NCBI RefSeq assembly: GCF_009914755.1
Contig: NC_060933.1
Direction: 5' to 3' (one strand)
DNA from: the human T2T-CHM13v2.0 reference genome, Homo sapiens
DNA: 64,000 bases
Part shown: positions 1 through 13,166 of the stretch, in pieces
Layout of the letters: each line of letters starts with the position of its first letter
Numbering within the stretch: position 1 is the stretch's first letter
The notes under the pieces: model-generated
Seen by the model: only the letters and a program-made list of their open reading frames with translations
Told to the model about the DNA's origin: nothing
The model's database searches: none
Made by a program: the position numbers and the translations under genes

Positions 1-164
1 GATGTATCTTATATGACAGTTTCTTATAGGAGGTCACATCAGTAAGGATGGTTATTGTTTACAGTAGAAGCTTCAGGTTTCAGCTGAAGAATTCTCCACT
101 AGAAGGTGGCACAATCAAAGGCAAAGGGCACAGATATTAAAATATTTGGTTTTAAATCTTTTTT

Positions 165-345
165 TCCGCCACTTACACACTGTTAGCCTGAACAGATTTT
201 GTAACTTCCCTGGGCCTCAGAATTCATCATATGTAAAACAGAGAAAAAAATAGCAATCCTTCAAAGGTTGGCTACGAGAAATAACTGAAATACAAATGAC
301 TTTAAAATGCCTAATGCTTGTAAGCACACAATAAACATTAGCTGT
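165..345 (+). mobile_element. MIR SINE relic
   Basis: Core aacttccctgggcctcag...catatgtaaaa and 3' end aagcacacaataaacattagct. Confidence 0.65.
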
Positions 346-1282
346 AACGATTATTATCGTGGTATGGATTTTCCTCTTAACCAATGGGAATGCAAGGCAA
401 TTTTCATTACCCTCTCCTATGAACCCTTTTAAATAACACACTATTAGTCAGCTATTCTCAATGTCTATAATATGGGTACTTGCATAAATAATTTGATAGA
501 GCTACCTAATGTTTATACATTAATCCAATGTGCGGTTAATTACATTAGAGGAGAGACTTCATGAAAAAACATTAGGAGTAAAACTTTTTTTTTTTTAGCA
601 GTAGCTAAGTATGACATGATTAAATGTCAATTAGCATAACGTCTGCCAGTGGGTCAGAAAATTCCTGTGGTTTGTCGGCTCTTGTCAGATTTTTTTGGTT
701 GTGTGACTTTTGAAGTCTAGCTATTTAGAAACCCATGATATTTTTTTGAACCTGACACCAAGTAACACAGTAGGTCATGGCCTGAAAGTTACCATGGAGG
801 GAACATATTAGGTTGAGCACTCCCCTTGGGGGCTGGCTTTCTCCCCTCTGTGAGAAAGTACTGACTACCATTGATTATTCTTGGGCACTCTTATTAAATC
901 TGACCTTGAAACTCAGAATATTTAGGAAGCCAAAAACTTCAATGCTAAAAACAAACAAACAAAAAAGTCTATTATGTAATAATTTGCAGACACCCTGACA
1001 AGAAGGTGGTCCAAAACCACAGGTCATTTACCCAGTTACACAGAAAACCTTGCATTATGTAGAAAAACTGGCATTTATCCAGATTGGGCAAAAATGCCTT
1101 GGCGCAGATGGGAATATTTACTCAAACCAAAGCTACCAATATTGCACTCAGAAGTTAACTGTTCTAGTTGTGGAAATGCAGGTCTGTCTGGTTGGTGAAG
1201 ACTCCTGATGAATCTACCAAACTCATCTGAGAAAGTGGACCTATGTTCCCTTTATTTTGTGTTTCATCGATCCTCCTGCCCC

Positions 1283-1297
1283 TGAACTTGCTGACCA
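1283..1297 (-). promoter_or_regulatory. DR3 nuclear receptor element (PXR/CAR/VDR type)
   Basis: TGAACT tgc TGACCA; 14/15 identical to the CYP3A4 distal XREM DR3 (TGAACTtgcTGACCC, from memory). Confidence 0.5.
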
Positions 1298-1323
1298 CTC
1301 AGAGAGCTGCACACATTTTCCTG

Positions 1324-1336
1324 GTGCCAAAGTCCA
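1324..1336 (+). promoter_or_regulatory. HNF4A-type site
   Basis: GTGC CAAAGTCCA contains the HNF4-specific CAAAGTCCA core (1328-1336). Confidence 0.5.
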
Positions 1337-1688
1337 GTTTGGAGAAAAGGAATTCAAAATTCACATCACAGCAACGTCTCTGTATCGCTCCTCCCTGTTT
1401 CTCCTTCCCTGCTCCTTGTTATACATCTTTGTATCCTACCTTCGTTTGTTACCAGCAATTTTAAAATGATTTCATCTTTCCATCTCCCTTCTTCTGTCTT
1501 GCTTTCTTCAAAGATCAATTTCCATCCTACTCCCTCTTACAGAAGCCTTTGCTCCAAATGCCTTCCCTCTGACTCCACTCACAGTGAAATCTCCGAGCTT
1601 CCCAGACCCGATCCTGGCCACAAAAGCCTCTCTACCCCTCTTTCCTGCTCCCAGTGCCCTTGATCAGGCTCCAAACTCCTTCCCACAC

Positions 1689-1702
1689 AGGTCAAAGGTC
1701 CA
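1689..1702 (+). promoter_or_regulatory. DR1 element (HNF4A/PPAR:RXR/COUP-TF)
   Basis: AGGTCA A AGGTCC A, a near-perfect DR1. Confidence 0.55.
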
Positions 1703-2616
1703 CCCCTCCTCCCCTGTCTTCTAGGAAGGGGTGTTCTCACCAGGCCTTTCCCTCCAGGCAAAATTCTGCCCCTGCCTGCTGCTGCTGCTATGGAAGAGAC
1801 TGTTTGTGTTTCTTAGGACACACACAGCTTTGCCAAAATCCTTCTCTGTCTTTTGGTTCCTGCACCAGATTCCTCACACTGACCCACAAGATTTCTGGGC
1901 ACAGGTGAGCCTTCCAAGCTGTAACTGGACTGAGTGGGTTTGCTGAGACTGTTGGATGATTATCCTGTCAAGTAGTTTTCCCCTAAAAAAGTCCTCAACT
2001 GGAAATGCCCCATAGTCACATTGAAAAGCTTTTGAAAAATGCATCCATCTCTAGAGATTTTGATGTAATTGGTCCATGTGGATACTGCTATTGTTTAACA
2101 CCTCCTGAGGGAAGTCTAATGTGTGTGTCTAGACTTCAGATCACTACAGAAACCTTCAACCTATGTATGTCTTTCTCACCAGGCTTTTAAAAAAATTGCT
2201 TAAAATTCTCTTTGAATCCTTGGTGGTATAGCAGCCCACCCTTAGGGAGCCTCACATCCCCTGTCCTCTGCCTGAGTTTATCCTCAAAACACCAGGAACA
2301 GAATGTGCTTCAGTGCTTTCCAAGAATGTTGCTGAGAAAGTTGGCAAAGCATCTGAGCCTGGTAAATCGCCAAAAAGAATTTAGTAAAAGAAATGAGAAG
2401 AGCCCAGGCTGAGGAAAAAAATAAAATACAATCCAGGGTGATCACACAGTTACTTACATTTGTTGATGAACTGCTAACTGTTCCAGAGACTCTGGAAAAA
2501 TAGTATTGTTGGGCAGTTAACAATGTACATCACACTTGGCTTCTGCCCTTTTTTTCCTTTTAGCTTTCATTATTGAAGTCTGGAGCTGGCCTTAGACATC
2601 TTCTACTCTGACGTGA

Positions 2617-2745
2617 CCATTTTACAGATGAGGAAACTGAGGCCAACAGAGATTGTAATTTAACAGAAATTCCAGGGCTAAATAGAGGACAAGAGAGGCT
2701 GGAAACACAGTCATCTTTCTGAGTCCAGTGCTTTTCCAGCCACAC
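2617..2745 (-). mobile_element. MIR SINE relic
   Basis: ccattttacagatgaggaaactgaggc core. Confidence 0.75.
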
Positions 2746-3177
2746 ATACCTCCCACCTACTCACTACTCAGCTTTGGAAATGCAACTGATTATTGTCAAT
2801 GTAGAAACTGGCAGTTTTTTGTGTATGCTCAAGAGAAATTGAATTTTCTCCTGGGCAAGCACTAGATGTAAATAAGTGGTAATTTGTTATTAAGCTCAAA
2901 GTGGGAAATAAATGGGAAAAAATGACTTTATCTCTCCAAGTCTCCCCATAGGAGGATGATTTATTACCTCCCAGAGATGTGAGTTTTGAAAGACAGTGCA
3001 GACTTTGTTTACTGCTATATCTGCCACATGGTAAGATTGCAGTTAATGGCAGTTTTTCAAATTGTGGATGTTACATTGATTAGGTACTCAGCTTATTTTT
3101 TCTAAGTTTAAATGCGTATTCAGGGTTTTTTGTTTCCCATAAAAAAATTTATCTCTCAATTTTAACTCCAAAGATTA

Positions 3178-3621
<444 letters not shown>

Positions 3622-4000
3622 TTAATGACAATGTGTTTACTTGAATATTAATAGTGGGAGCTATTTATGCTGTGTAAGGTCTTTAAGATAAATATGCCTT
3701 TGATCCTAGGTTCTTTTTCTAGGAGAACAAATTGGAATAGTTTTTACCACCCTGTCACTTTCATCTGAACTGGAAGACAAATTCATTGCTATTTGCAAAA
3801 TAATCTTTCAGTTTATTAAAATTTATTATTTTTAAAGCTTAGAAGAAACGAAGTGTTGGTCTTCTCAAAAATCAAAGAGAGCTGGACATTTACACTAGCC
3901 AATGAGTATATCTATCAGTGCTATTTGTCTCTGTAAGTAATTTGAGAAGTGTGAACAGTTTAGTTGTGTTTTCTTTTAAGAGAGAGGAAATACTAAATTT

Positions 4001-4060
4001 TCCTTTCTAAGTCACTAGGCTGCTTTCTCCATTGACTTTCCTCTTCTTCTGTCTATAGTT
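4001..4060 (+). repeat. 60-bp dispersed direct duplicate of 5221-5280
   Basis: Ungapped alignment, 51/60 identical. Confidence 0.85.
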
Positions 4061-4570
4061 ACCATAAAATGCAATAGTTAATAAAAATATTCTGCATGTA
4101 TATAAAGCATTACTATTATTATTATTTTGGTTAGGATCCTCTTGGTCACAAGTAGCAGAAACCAGTTCTAGCTAGTTTAAGTGGGAAATAATTCAACCTA
4201 GAGACAAGAGTGTACCTAGGTCTCCTGAAGGTAGAAGTGGTGAATGTAAGATCATGAGGCCTCTCTTTATCTTTTATTTCTTTCCTTTCTACTTCATTTA
4301 TTTTTCCAACATGCTTTCTTAGGTCAACCTGATGGGTGAAAGACCACCAAATCATATCTTTGGAACTTAGATGTTATAGATCTAGCTGCCCAGAGAAAGG
4401 ATGATCTTTCACAGTCCCCTTCCCTATTCCTAAGGAGGATTTATCTTGGGCTAGTGGCCCATTCTTGGATTAACCACCCATGGTCATAGAGCAGAAAGAA
4501 TTGAGAAAGTCACCCTAATAAACAGCCTGGGAAGTCCAAGGACAGAGGGAGTAGGCAAACAACCAATTAG

Positions 4571-4908
<338 letters not shown>

Positions 4909-5518
4909 CCAAGTACTTTTTAAAAAATAATAATCTGATTTGATCCACAGACAATGACAAACTACTCTGCACCCAATTCCCTTATAGCACTTTCCACTTT
5001 CTAATCTTATTTTTATTTACCTGGTTTCCTCCTTAGTCTGTGAATTTTTGTTTTATATTCTTAGTGCTTGATATTAGGGGGTGTGGAAAACATTTACTGA
5101 AAGAATGTGACTAAATCTGTGAGGTAGGATAGTTAGAGGAGAAAACTGGGATTCACTGAGGTTAAGTGGAGGCACTGAGGTCCCCCGAATGAGTATAAAG
5201 TCAGCTGCTGGAGCCTTAATCCTTTTCCAAGTCACCAGACTGCTTTCTCCACTGACTTTCATCTTCTTCTGTCTATGGTCAGTGACTCATCTTGCAGGAT
5301 TTTGGTCTGGTGATTAGAACTGTGAAAAGAATCAAATTAGGATAAAGATGCCATTCATTTTGCAAGAATTTGATTTTGCTCTTTCAGTGCATCAGGTAAG
5401 AAGGGCTTTCAACTAATCTCAAAGAGTCTGTACTTTCCCCCTAAATGTTCAAAGGGAGAGAGGCTACTTAGTATATGTCTAAAACTACAAAAATAAGATA
5501 GACATTTTTCTGTTTTAG

Positions 5519-6357
5519 GTGTTATATTCCCGAAAATGATTCTCGACCTGGCAGTCACTCCTGGAGAGGTGACCACTTCTCTCATCATTTTGGTGATGGT
5601 TTTTGTTTTTGTAAGAGCTCTCAGGAGCAAGGGCAGAAAGCAGGTGTCTCCTCCTGGCCCTTAGTCCTTCCCCATCATAGAGAATCTTCTCCAGCTTGGA
5701 GATCATCCTTACCTTACATTAATGGAGATGAGGAAGAAATATGGAGATGTCTTTCTCCTCAAACTTGGCATGGTGCCTGTCTTGGTGGTAAATGGAATGG
5801 AAATGGTGAAACAAGTACTACATAAGGATGGGGAGCATTTTGCAGGCAGACCTAACATGCACACATTTTCTTTCCTGGCAGAAGGAAAGAGTCTTTCATT
5901 TTCAGTGAATTATGGAGAGAGTTGGAAACTTCATAAAAAAATTGCCTCTAAAGCCTTATGAACTTTTTCTAATGCAGAAGCGAAATCCTCCACTTGCTCT
6001 TGCTCACTTGAGGAGCATGTCACTGAAGAAATTTCTGAACTGGTGACAGTCTTTGTAGAGTTGACTTCCAAGAATGGCAGCTTTGACCCCAGAAATGCGA
6101 TCACCTGTGTGGTGGCCAACATTGTCTGTGCCCTTTGCTTTGGCAAGAGATAGGACCACAGTGATGAGGAATTTCTTAGGATAGTTAAAACAAATGACGA
6201 CTTACTCAAGGCCTCCAGTGCAGCTAACCCTGCCGATTTCATACCATGTCTCCACTACCTTCCACTGAAGATTATAAATGCTCCTCTGGAGTTTTACCAG
6301 GCCCTGAATGGGTTTATTGCACTACACGTACAAGATCATCTTGCTACCTATGGTAAG
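5519..6357 (+). pseudogene. CYP1D1P: CYP1D1P first coding exon (CYP1A exon 2 equivalent), codons 1-274
   Basis: Acceptor ttttctgttttag|G at 5518/5519; ATG 5536; MILDLAVTPGEVTTSLIILVMVFVFVRALRSKGRKQVSPPGP*SFPIIENLLQLG...KAL*TFS...CFGKR*DHSDEEF...HLATYGK; donor AAG|gtaagg at 6357/6358. Confidence 0.95.
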
Positions 6358-6639
6358 GTAAGGATTTGATCTTATACCAGGACAAGGGTTTTGGTGAGAA
6401 ACAAAAGATAATGGTGAAATGCTTCGAATATCATTGGTTCTTTTCACTACAGTTTTGTCACAATGACCTGTACCCAAGCTATTAGTAAATTTGAGGTCCA
6501 AACAGTGAGACTGCATGACAGCATTACTCAGTTCTCATATAAAACCCTAAGAAAAGTTCTGAATTCTTTAATCCATAAAATTTTCCCCAGAAACATAAAT
6601 TTTCCCTGGGTGTGGATAGGGCATATACTTGTATTATGA

Positions 6640-6880
6640 ACGTAAATGTAATTGTTATTTAATCTAAATCTGTTTCTAACTGTTTTTCATGAAGGCTTAT
6701 ACTTTTAAAATCCAGCTATGGTTGTCTGGTGTATTTCTAACTTGCTGCTTCTAAAAGTTGTTTAATATTTCACGACGTGACCCCCTTGCCCCATACATTT
6801 CACCCATCTCATATGGATACCCTGATTGTTTGCAACTCCTGGCTTGCACAGAAAGTGCAGATATTGAATATTGTGATTAA
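6640..6880 (+). repeat. Dispersed direct duplicate of about 8750-8990
   Basis: Collinear shared blocks, including acgtaaat.taattgttatt, gctgcttctaaa and ggataccctgattgtttgca.ctcctggcttgcacagaaa.tgcagatattgaat. Confidence 0.88.
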
Positions 6881-7567
6881 GTAATTGCCTTATAAATGAT
6901 GAAGAATAAGTGAGTTCCTTGAAGAAACAAAGCAATAATTTCATCTCTCCCATTTCATATCTGGCACCATGATCTCAGACTTACAGGTATCACAAATATT
7001 AGCATATTTTTATCAGATAGTATTTTTGAATAATTATAAAGGATATTCTATAGGAAGCTTTCAAATTACCTTCATTTTCTTCTTGAGTTTCTTTGTTATA
7101 CAGACATGAATTTTAAGATGAAAACACATGTATTAAGTTTCTGCAGGTGGCAGAGTGGACCTTTCTTGTGAGGCTATTAAATTATTTGGGGCTCACTTCG
7201 ATGGTCAGCAGAATAAATTTCTGTCTTGAAATACATATGTACCAGGAAGAATCCTAGTTCACAAGGGCAATTTGCTGGGATGAAGTCATCAAGAAAAAAA
7301 TAAAACATCCAGAGGTGGGATCATTAAGCAAATGAAGAGGTGTAAGTAGTTAAGTTCCTTCCAGTGAAAAAGAAGAGGCAGAAGACAATCTGTTTCAAGG
7401 CACCAGATGGGAAGATGGGAATTCTAGATCAGGTATAGTAAGTATCAGCATTTGTAAGGTGTATAAACTTTTATTCCCATTCTCTCAAATACCCCAGCCC
7501 TCTCTCTTTCTCCATGGTGCCTGAAGTGAACACAAAATCCTTCCAATAGATTTAAAAACCTTTTATT

Positions 7568-7960
<393 letters not shown>

Positions 7961-8241
7961 TTATAGATACAGGAACTCTTTTTTATTAATTGAAAGAAGT
8001 TCTGAGGAGAAAATTGAGTTTGGTAACTTGGTTTTCTATTCCACACTATCAAGATTAAGCATTACAAATTTTAAGCAAAAATGGTTGCAAGGTTTAAGAT
8101 GATCTATTTACATTCCTTATATTCCAAGACTCAATGGGTTCCCTTCAAGTTATATGGTAATATGGCTCTTCCTGCATGGGATTTAAATTGATATACAACA
8201 TAGACAGGGATGAAAAGTCATGCTAAGATTTGTCTCCTCAG

Positions 8242-8365
8242 GATCATATCCGAGACATTACTGATGCTCTGATTAATGTATGCCACAACAAATATGCTGC
8301 TACCAAAACAGACACCTTGAATGACAGTGAAATCATAAGCACCGTGAGCGACCTCTTTGGAGCTG
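8242..8365 (+). pseudogene. CYP1D1P: CYP1D1P second coding exon (124 bp)
   Basis: ctcctcag|GAT; DHIRDITDALINVCHNKYAATKTDTLNDSEIISTVSDLFGA(G); G|gtatgt. Confidence 0.95.
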
Positions 8366-9704
8366 GTATGTGAGAGAATTTAGCAACATGTAAGACCAAT
8401 AAAAATTAGTTGCAATTTGTTCTTATCCATTGTTCACAGTTTAGAGGACTTTGCTCTTCCCATATCGGCCATTTTATCTAGTTGATCTCACATCGTATAA
8501 ATTTGTTATCTATCTTCTTACGTCATTCAGAAAACTTCATTTTGATCTCAGGAGTAGAGACTTGAGTTAATAATAGCCCGCAGTTAATAGTGCCTTCACA
8601 TTATTGTCCATGAAATGATTGTCCTTGTTTATCACTTTCACTTCCAGTCCCTTCACCCAATCCATTGACATTTATTCTGAAACTAAAGTGTTATTGTTTT
8701 TGTTTTTTGTATTCTTATAAAACAGGCTTGTTGTATTATCATGTACTTTACGTAAATATAATTGTTATTCACATCTAAAACTGTTTCTAGCTTTTTTTCA
8801 TGAATCTCTGTACTCTTACAATCCAACCATGATTGTCAGGCATATTTCCAATTGGCTGCTTCTAAAGTTCACGTAATATTAGACGTCTGGCACCCCCCAT
8901 ATTTATTTTACCCACCTCATGTGGATACCCTGATTGTTTGCACCTCCTGGCTTGCACAGAAAATGCAGATATTGAATGTTGTGCTAAAGCTAAGATGACC
9001 ACTCTTGTACATGAATTTTGCCTCCTTTTGAAATACAACCTTATGCTAAGAAGCAGAATTTCTGGGTCAACTAATGAAAGAATTATTGAGTTTTGATGCA
9101 CATTGCTAAATTCATTTTCACAAAGACTGTGCCAATTCGTACTGCTACCACATTACTCTCATTCTTAAATTTTATAGTTTTCTTTAAAAGTCATTTTTTA
9201 TCTGTCACATTTATTAGAGTTCCTCTAAGATACTAGACTGCAGGAAGCCAATTCTCAGTATAAGAAAATATAAAATATCATAAGCGTTTTAGCAGTTTCA
9301 TTTTATGTGGAATACTCCTCAAATGTATTTATTTTTCTTCTTTATATTATATTTATTGGTAATTGGGTTCATTTGTTTCTAGGATCTATGCATTTGTGAT
9401 CATGAATTCTCTCTGCAAACAGAGGCATTTGTTTTGATTTGTATTATTTTTCCTCATGCAAATGCACGAGCCCCCACATATGTGTGTGTGTATTTATTAT
9501 TTTAATCATGACTTCAATTTGATGGATTATTTCATCTGATTATTTATCATAAAAATGTGACCAGGCTGTACTTTGTATTTCTTCTGACGACTTAAATAAT
9601 GCTATGTACAAATATGAGTATTTGTCAGAACATTTTTAAATGCCTGAACATTAGTGAGTACTAAAGACTGGGTATGTGTGGGTGTGATAAATACATCAAG
9701 TGAG

Positions 9705-9965
9705 TTTTATTTTTTATTTGTTTATTTTTAAATTGGCACATAAAATTGTATGTATTTATAATATGCAACATGATGTTTTAAAGTATGTATACATTGTGAA
9801 ATGGCTAAATCTAGATGCATTACCTCACATAGTCATCATTTTTGTGGTGAGAACACTTAAAATCCACTCTCAGCATTTTTTAAGAACACAATATATAATC
9901 GTTAACTATAGTCATCAGACTGCAATAGATCTCTTGAACTTATTCCTCCTGTTTTACTATAATTT
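9705..9965 (-). mobile_element. L1MA/MB 3'-end fragment
   Basis: Antisense L1M 3'UTR motifs (gtatacattgtgaaatgg...tttgtggtgagaacacttaaaatc...atagatctcttgaacttattcctcct). Confidence 0.75.
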
Positions 9966-11816
9966 ATTTTGATCTTGATTCAATGAGATAATATCAATAT
10001 ATTTCAGATATATGTAATACTTCCAAGATTATCAAGTAATTAGCAAATATAAAATTATGGCAGATGACAAAAATGACTAGGATGGAGAATAAAACCATAT
10101 GACATGTACAACACAGCTAAAAAAAGGTTTGAGTAAAATGTGCACAAAACAGTATTCAGTATAATGGATTACTATATAAAACATTTATTTGCTAAATAAA
10201 CATATCTGATAGAGTTTATATTTTAATGTAAATAGAGGAATAATGAAAATTAATAAAACCATAAACTTCCACATGTACCTGCTACCTCACTAGTGAGATG
10301 TAATAAAATATATTATTAGAATAAATCAGTGAGCTCTAAACCATATATTTTAGTAGATAAAATTTGCAAGCACTCTGTTCCATCAGATCTACTATATTAT
10401 TAACATTTATATTTCCATATTTAACTTTTAAAATTGATTGTAGAAATAATTTAGTTTCTTCTTTGGGTATAGTGAGGTTTTCCCAAAATCATTGATTTTA
10501 CCCTCAATGTTTCAATAATCTACCAAGATAGATAACTGCTGGTTGCTTAAGCCTTGATATAAAAAGCAAAATTTATGATAATCAAAATATAGATCCTGAT
10601 ATTCATACAGATAGTTATAGCTCTTGGATATAAGGTTCATGGCTCTACCGTGAGTGAAAGCAGTGTTTTGCATGCACTATTCATGGCATGTTCTTTATTC
10701 TAGAGAATAAAGTTCCTTACGCTAGAGAATAGAGTTGATATATTCCACACAGAAGTCCAGATTTTCACACTACACTGTGCTCTGCTATAGACATCATGGT
10801 CAGTAACTGTATTTGAACAGCTTACCTTTACAATAACTTATTGCAGTATGAAGTCATATTAGAAATTTTCTGAGTTAAGAACCGAAGAAGCCACTGGCTC
10901 ACTATGAGAGATTGCCATGTTCAACAGATGTGAAAACAGGCTTACGAAGTGAAGTTTGGAAAGGAGCTAACTCTGTTCTGCAGCTGCATCTGGGTATATT
11001 TACTGTGCATATTGTGATGCAAGTTATTTAGAAAACAACTACCTTTGTCTCTTGTGTGACCCATGTAAAATACTTTACCATTTCTATGATGCAAGTTTCT
11101 CATTTTTAATGTGAGGATAATTGTGGCCCCCATCTCAGATGACAATGTATTTAAGTGGTCAATGTTTGGTAAACATATTCATCATTACCCGTGTTGTTAT
11201 CATCATCAGGAAAATCTAGAAATTAAATATATTGATTTAAAAACTCATTTTTTGCTACTGGTTTTATAAGATTTGAGTAGGAAACACAAATAATATTACT
11301 TTTGACATTAGGTCATCATAGAGGTGAATTTACAATTAAAACAGTCTAGAAGAGCTTTTTAATGTGGCATTTCTGAGTTTTAGGTTTTCAAGAATTGATT
11401 GAGTACATTCTTCGATGTAGTAATCATAAAATAGCCCTTGAAAAAAGATGAAGTTTGGCATACGGAGTTCTTTGCTTTTATTTTCAGTAATGAAACCATT
11501 TGGCTGATGTATGGATAATCTCAAAAATAAAGATACTCTGTTTAAAGAGTGAAATCGAAACTATAAAATATACATTAAAACTTATTCAAATAAATTGAAT
11601 CTGGTCAACCCTTCATTATGTGCTCATATAATGTTCAAATTTAAGTATTGGCTCTTCCTTTTATGAGTTCATTCACCTTGAGCAAAACCCATAATGTCTT
11701 TGAGGTTCAGTAAAATTAACATAGTTAGTTATACATTTCCTATCTATATTATGATTTATAAAATATATATATTATAAGTATGTCAATGTATCATATATAT
11801 GTTATATATTGTGTGT

Positions 11817-11862
11817 ATATATACACACACACACATACACAGAGAGAGAGAGAGAGAGAGCA
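11817..11862. repeat. Compound (TA)n(CA)n(GA)n microsatellite
   Basis: Seen directly. Confidence 0.9.
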
Positions 11863-12009
11863 CACTCCTGGATCAGAGTAACTACTTAATAACTTCTTAT
11901 TTTTATTACAAATAATAGCCATTATTATTATCTACATCAATGGTGTTTATTATGTAATACAATGCTTCCTATGTTTTCACTAGTCTTATAAATAGTACCT
12001 ATATATTTT

Positions 12010-12620
12010 TAAAATTTTATTTTATTTTTAATTATGTTTACAAATATACAACATTTTAAAGTGATATAGTTCAGTACTATTGAGTATATTCACATGGTTG
12101 TGCAACAGATCTCTAGAACTTCTTCATCTTGCAAAACTGAAATCCTGTGCCCATTAAACACTAATTTTCCCTATCCTTCCTTGCCCTTGGCAATTTCCCT
12201 TATGCTTTGTTTCTATGATTTTGACTACTTTGGAAACCTCTTATGAGTGAAGTCATATAGTATTTGTCCTTTTGTGATTACCTTATTTCACTGAGCCTAA
12301 TGTCCTCAAGGTTTTTTCATGTGGTGGCATGTGACAGAATCTACTTTCTTAAGACTACATAATATTCCACTGTATGTATACATCACAGTTTCTTTATCTA
12401 TTCATCCATCAATGGACATTTGGGTTGTCTCTACCTCTTAGCTATTGTGTATAATGCTGCAATGACCATGAATGTGCAAATGTATCTCAAATATCTTGCT
12501 TTAAATTTTTTTGGGATATATAACCCAGAAGTAGGATTGCTAGATAATATATAAATACTATTTTTAATCTTTTAGGAACTTCCATACTACTTTCTATAGT
12601 AGCTACACCATTTTGCACTA
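12010..12620 (-). mobile_element. L1MB 3'-end fragment
   Basis: tattcacatggttgtgcaacagatctctagaact...ttcatccatcaatggacatttgggttg...cccagaagtaggattgct. Confidence 0.85.
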
Positions 12621-12876
12621 CCCTAATGGGTGAGAAGTTCAGCAAAAGCACATATAGTTTGGAAATGACCTTAATAATAATTTTATTATGATTCTATTAT
12701 TTTTTGGCTAGATTTCCTTCTGCTAATTCTTTTTCTTAATCTAACTTCTAAATTCTTAATCTAATTTCTTTAGATTTCTTTCTGCTAATTCTTAGCAGTA
12801 AAATAGGAAATAAAATGAGCAAACTGATTTAACTATGCTTTTTTTCATGACACTCGGTCTCTTGGTTCTATTTTAG

Positions 12877-12966
12877 GGTTTGAAACAGTATCAACATGTC
12901 TATGTTGGAGCTTTCTTTATTTGATACACTATCCAGAAATTCAAGCCAGAATTCAAGAAGAAATTG
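12877..12966 (+). pseudogene. CYP1D1P: CYP1D1P third coding exon (90 bp)
   Basis: ttctattttag|GG; (G)[29 protein letters not shown]; G|gtaata; followed by a 79-bp intron, short as in CYP1A genes. Confidence 0.95.
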
Positions 12967-13045
12967 GTAATATGCTTTCAGATGAAAAATGTAATTCTTA
13001 CGATTATCATTTTTCTTATTAAATCAAAAAATAATTTCTTTAAAG

Positions 13046-13166
13046 ATGGAAACATTGGGCTGAGACCACCCAGATTTGAAGACAGGAAAATTTTACCATA
13101 CACAGAAGCTTTCGTAAGTGAAGTATTCAGACATGCCTCTTTTCTTCCATTTACTATTCCACATTG
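13046..13166 (+). pseudogene. CYP1D1P: CYP1D1P fourth coding exon (121 bp), GC donor
   Basis: tttctttaaag|AT; (D)[39 protein letters not shown](C); ends TG|gcaagc. Confidence 0.92.

Noticed and set aside
5722-5961. ORFs 5722-5961, 12964-13221 and 19096-19317 as independent genes
   Set aside because: They are fragments of CYP1D1P exons bounded by stops or intron sequence.
12708-12795. Short imperfect repeats (tagattt..ttctgctaattctt twice; ttcttaatctaa twice)
   Set aside because: Ordinary slippage-type duplication; no spacer architecture.
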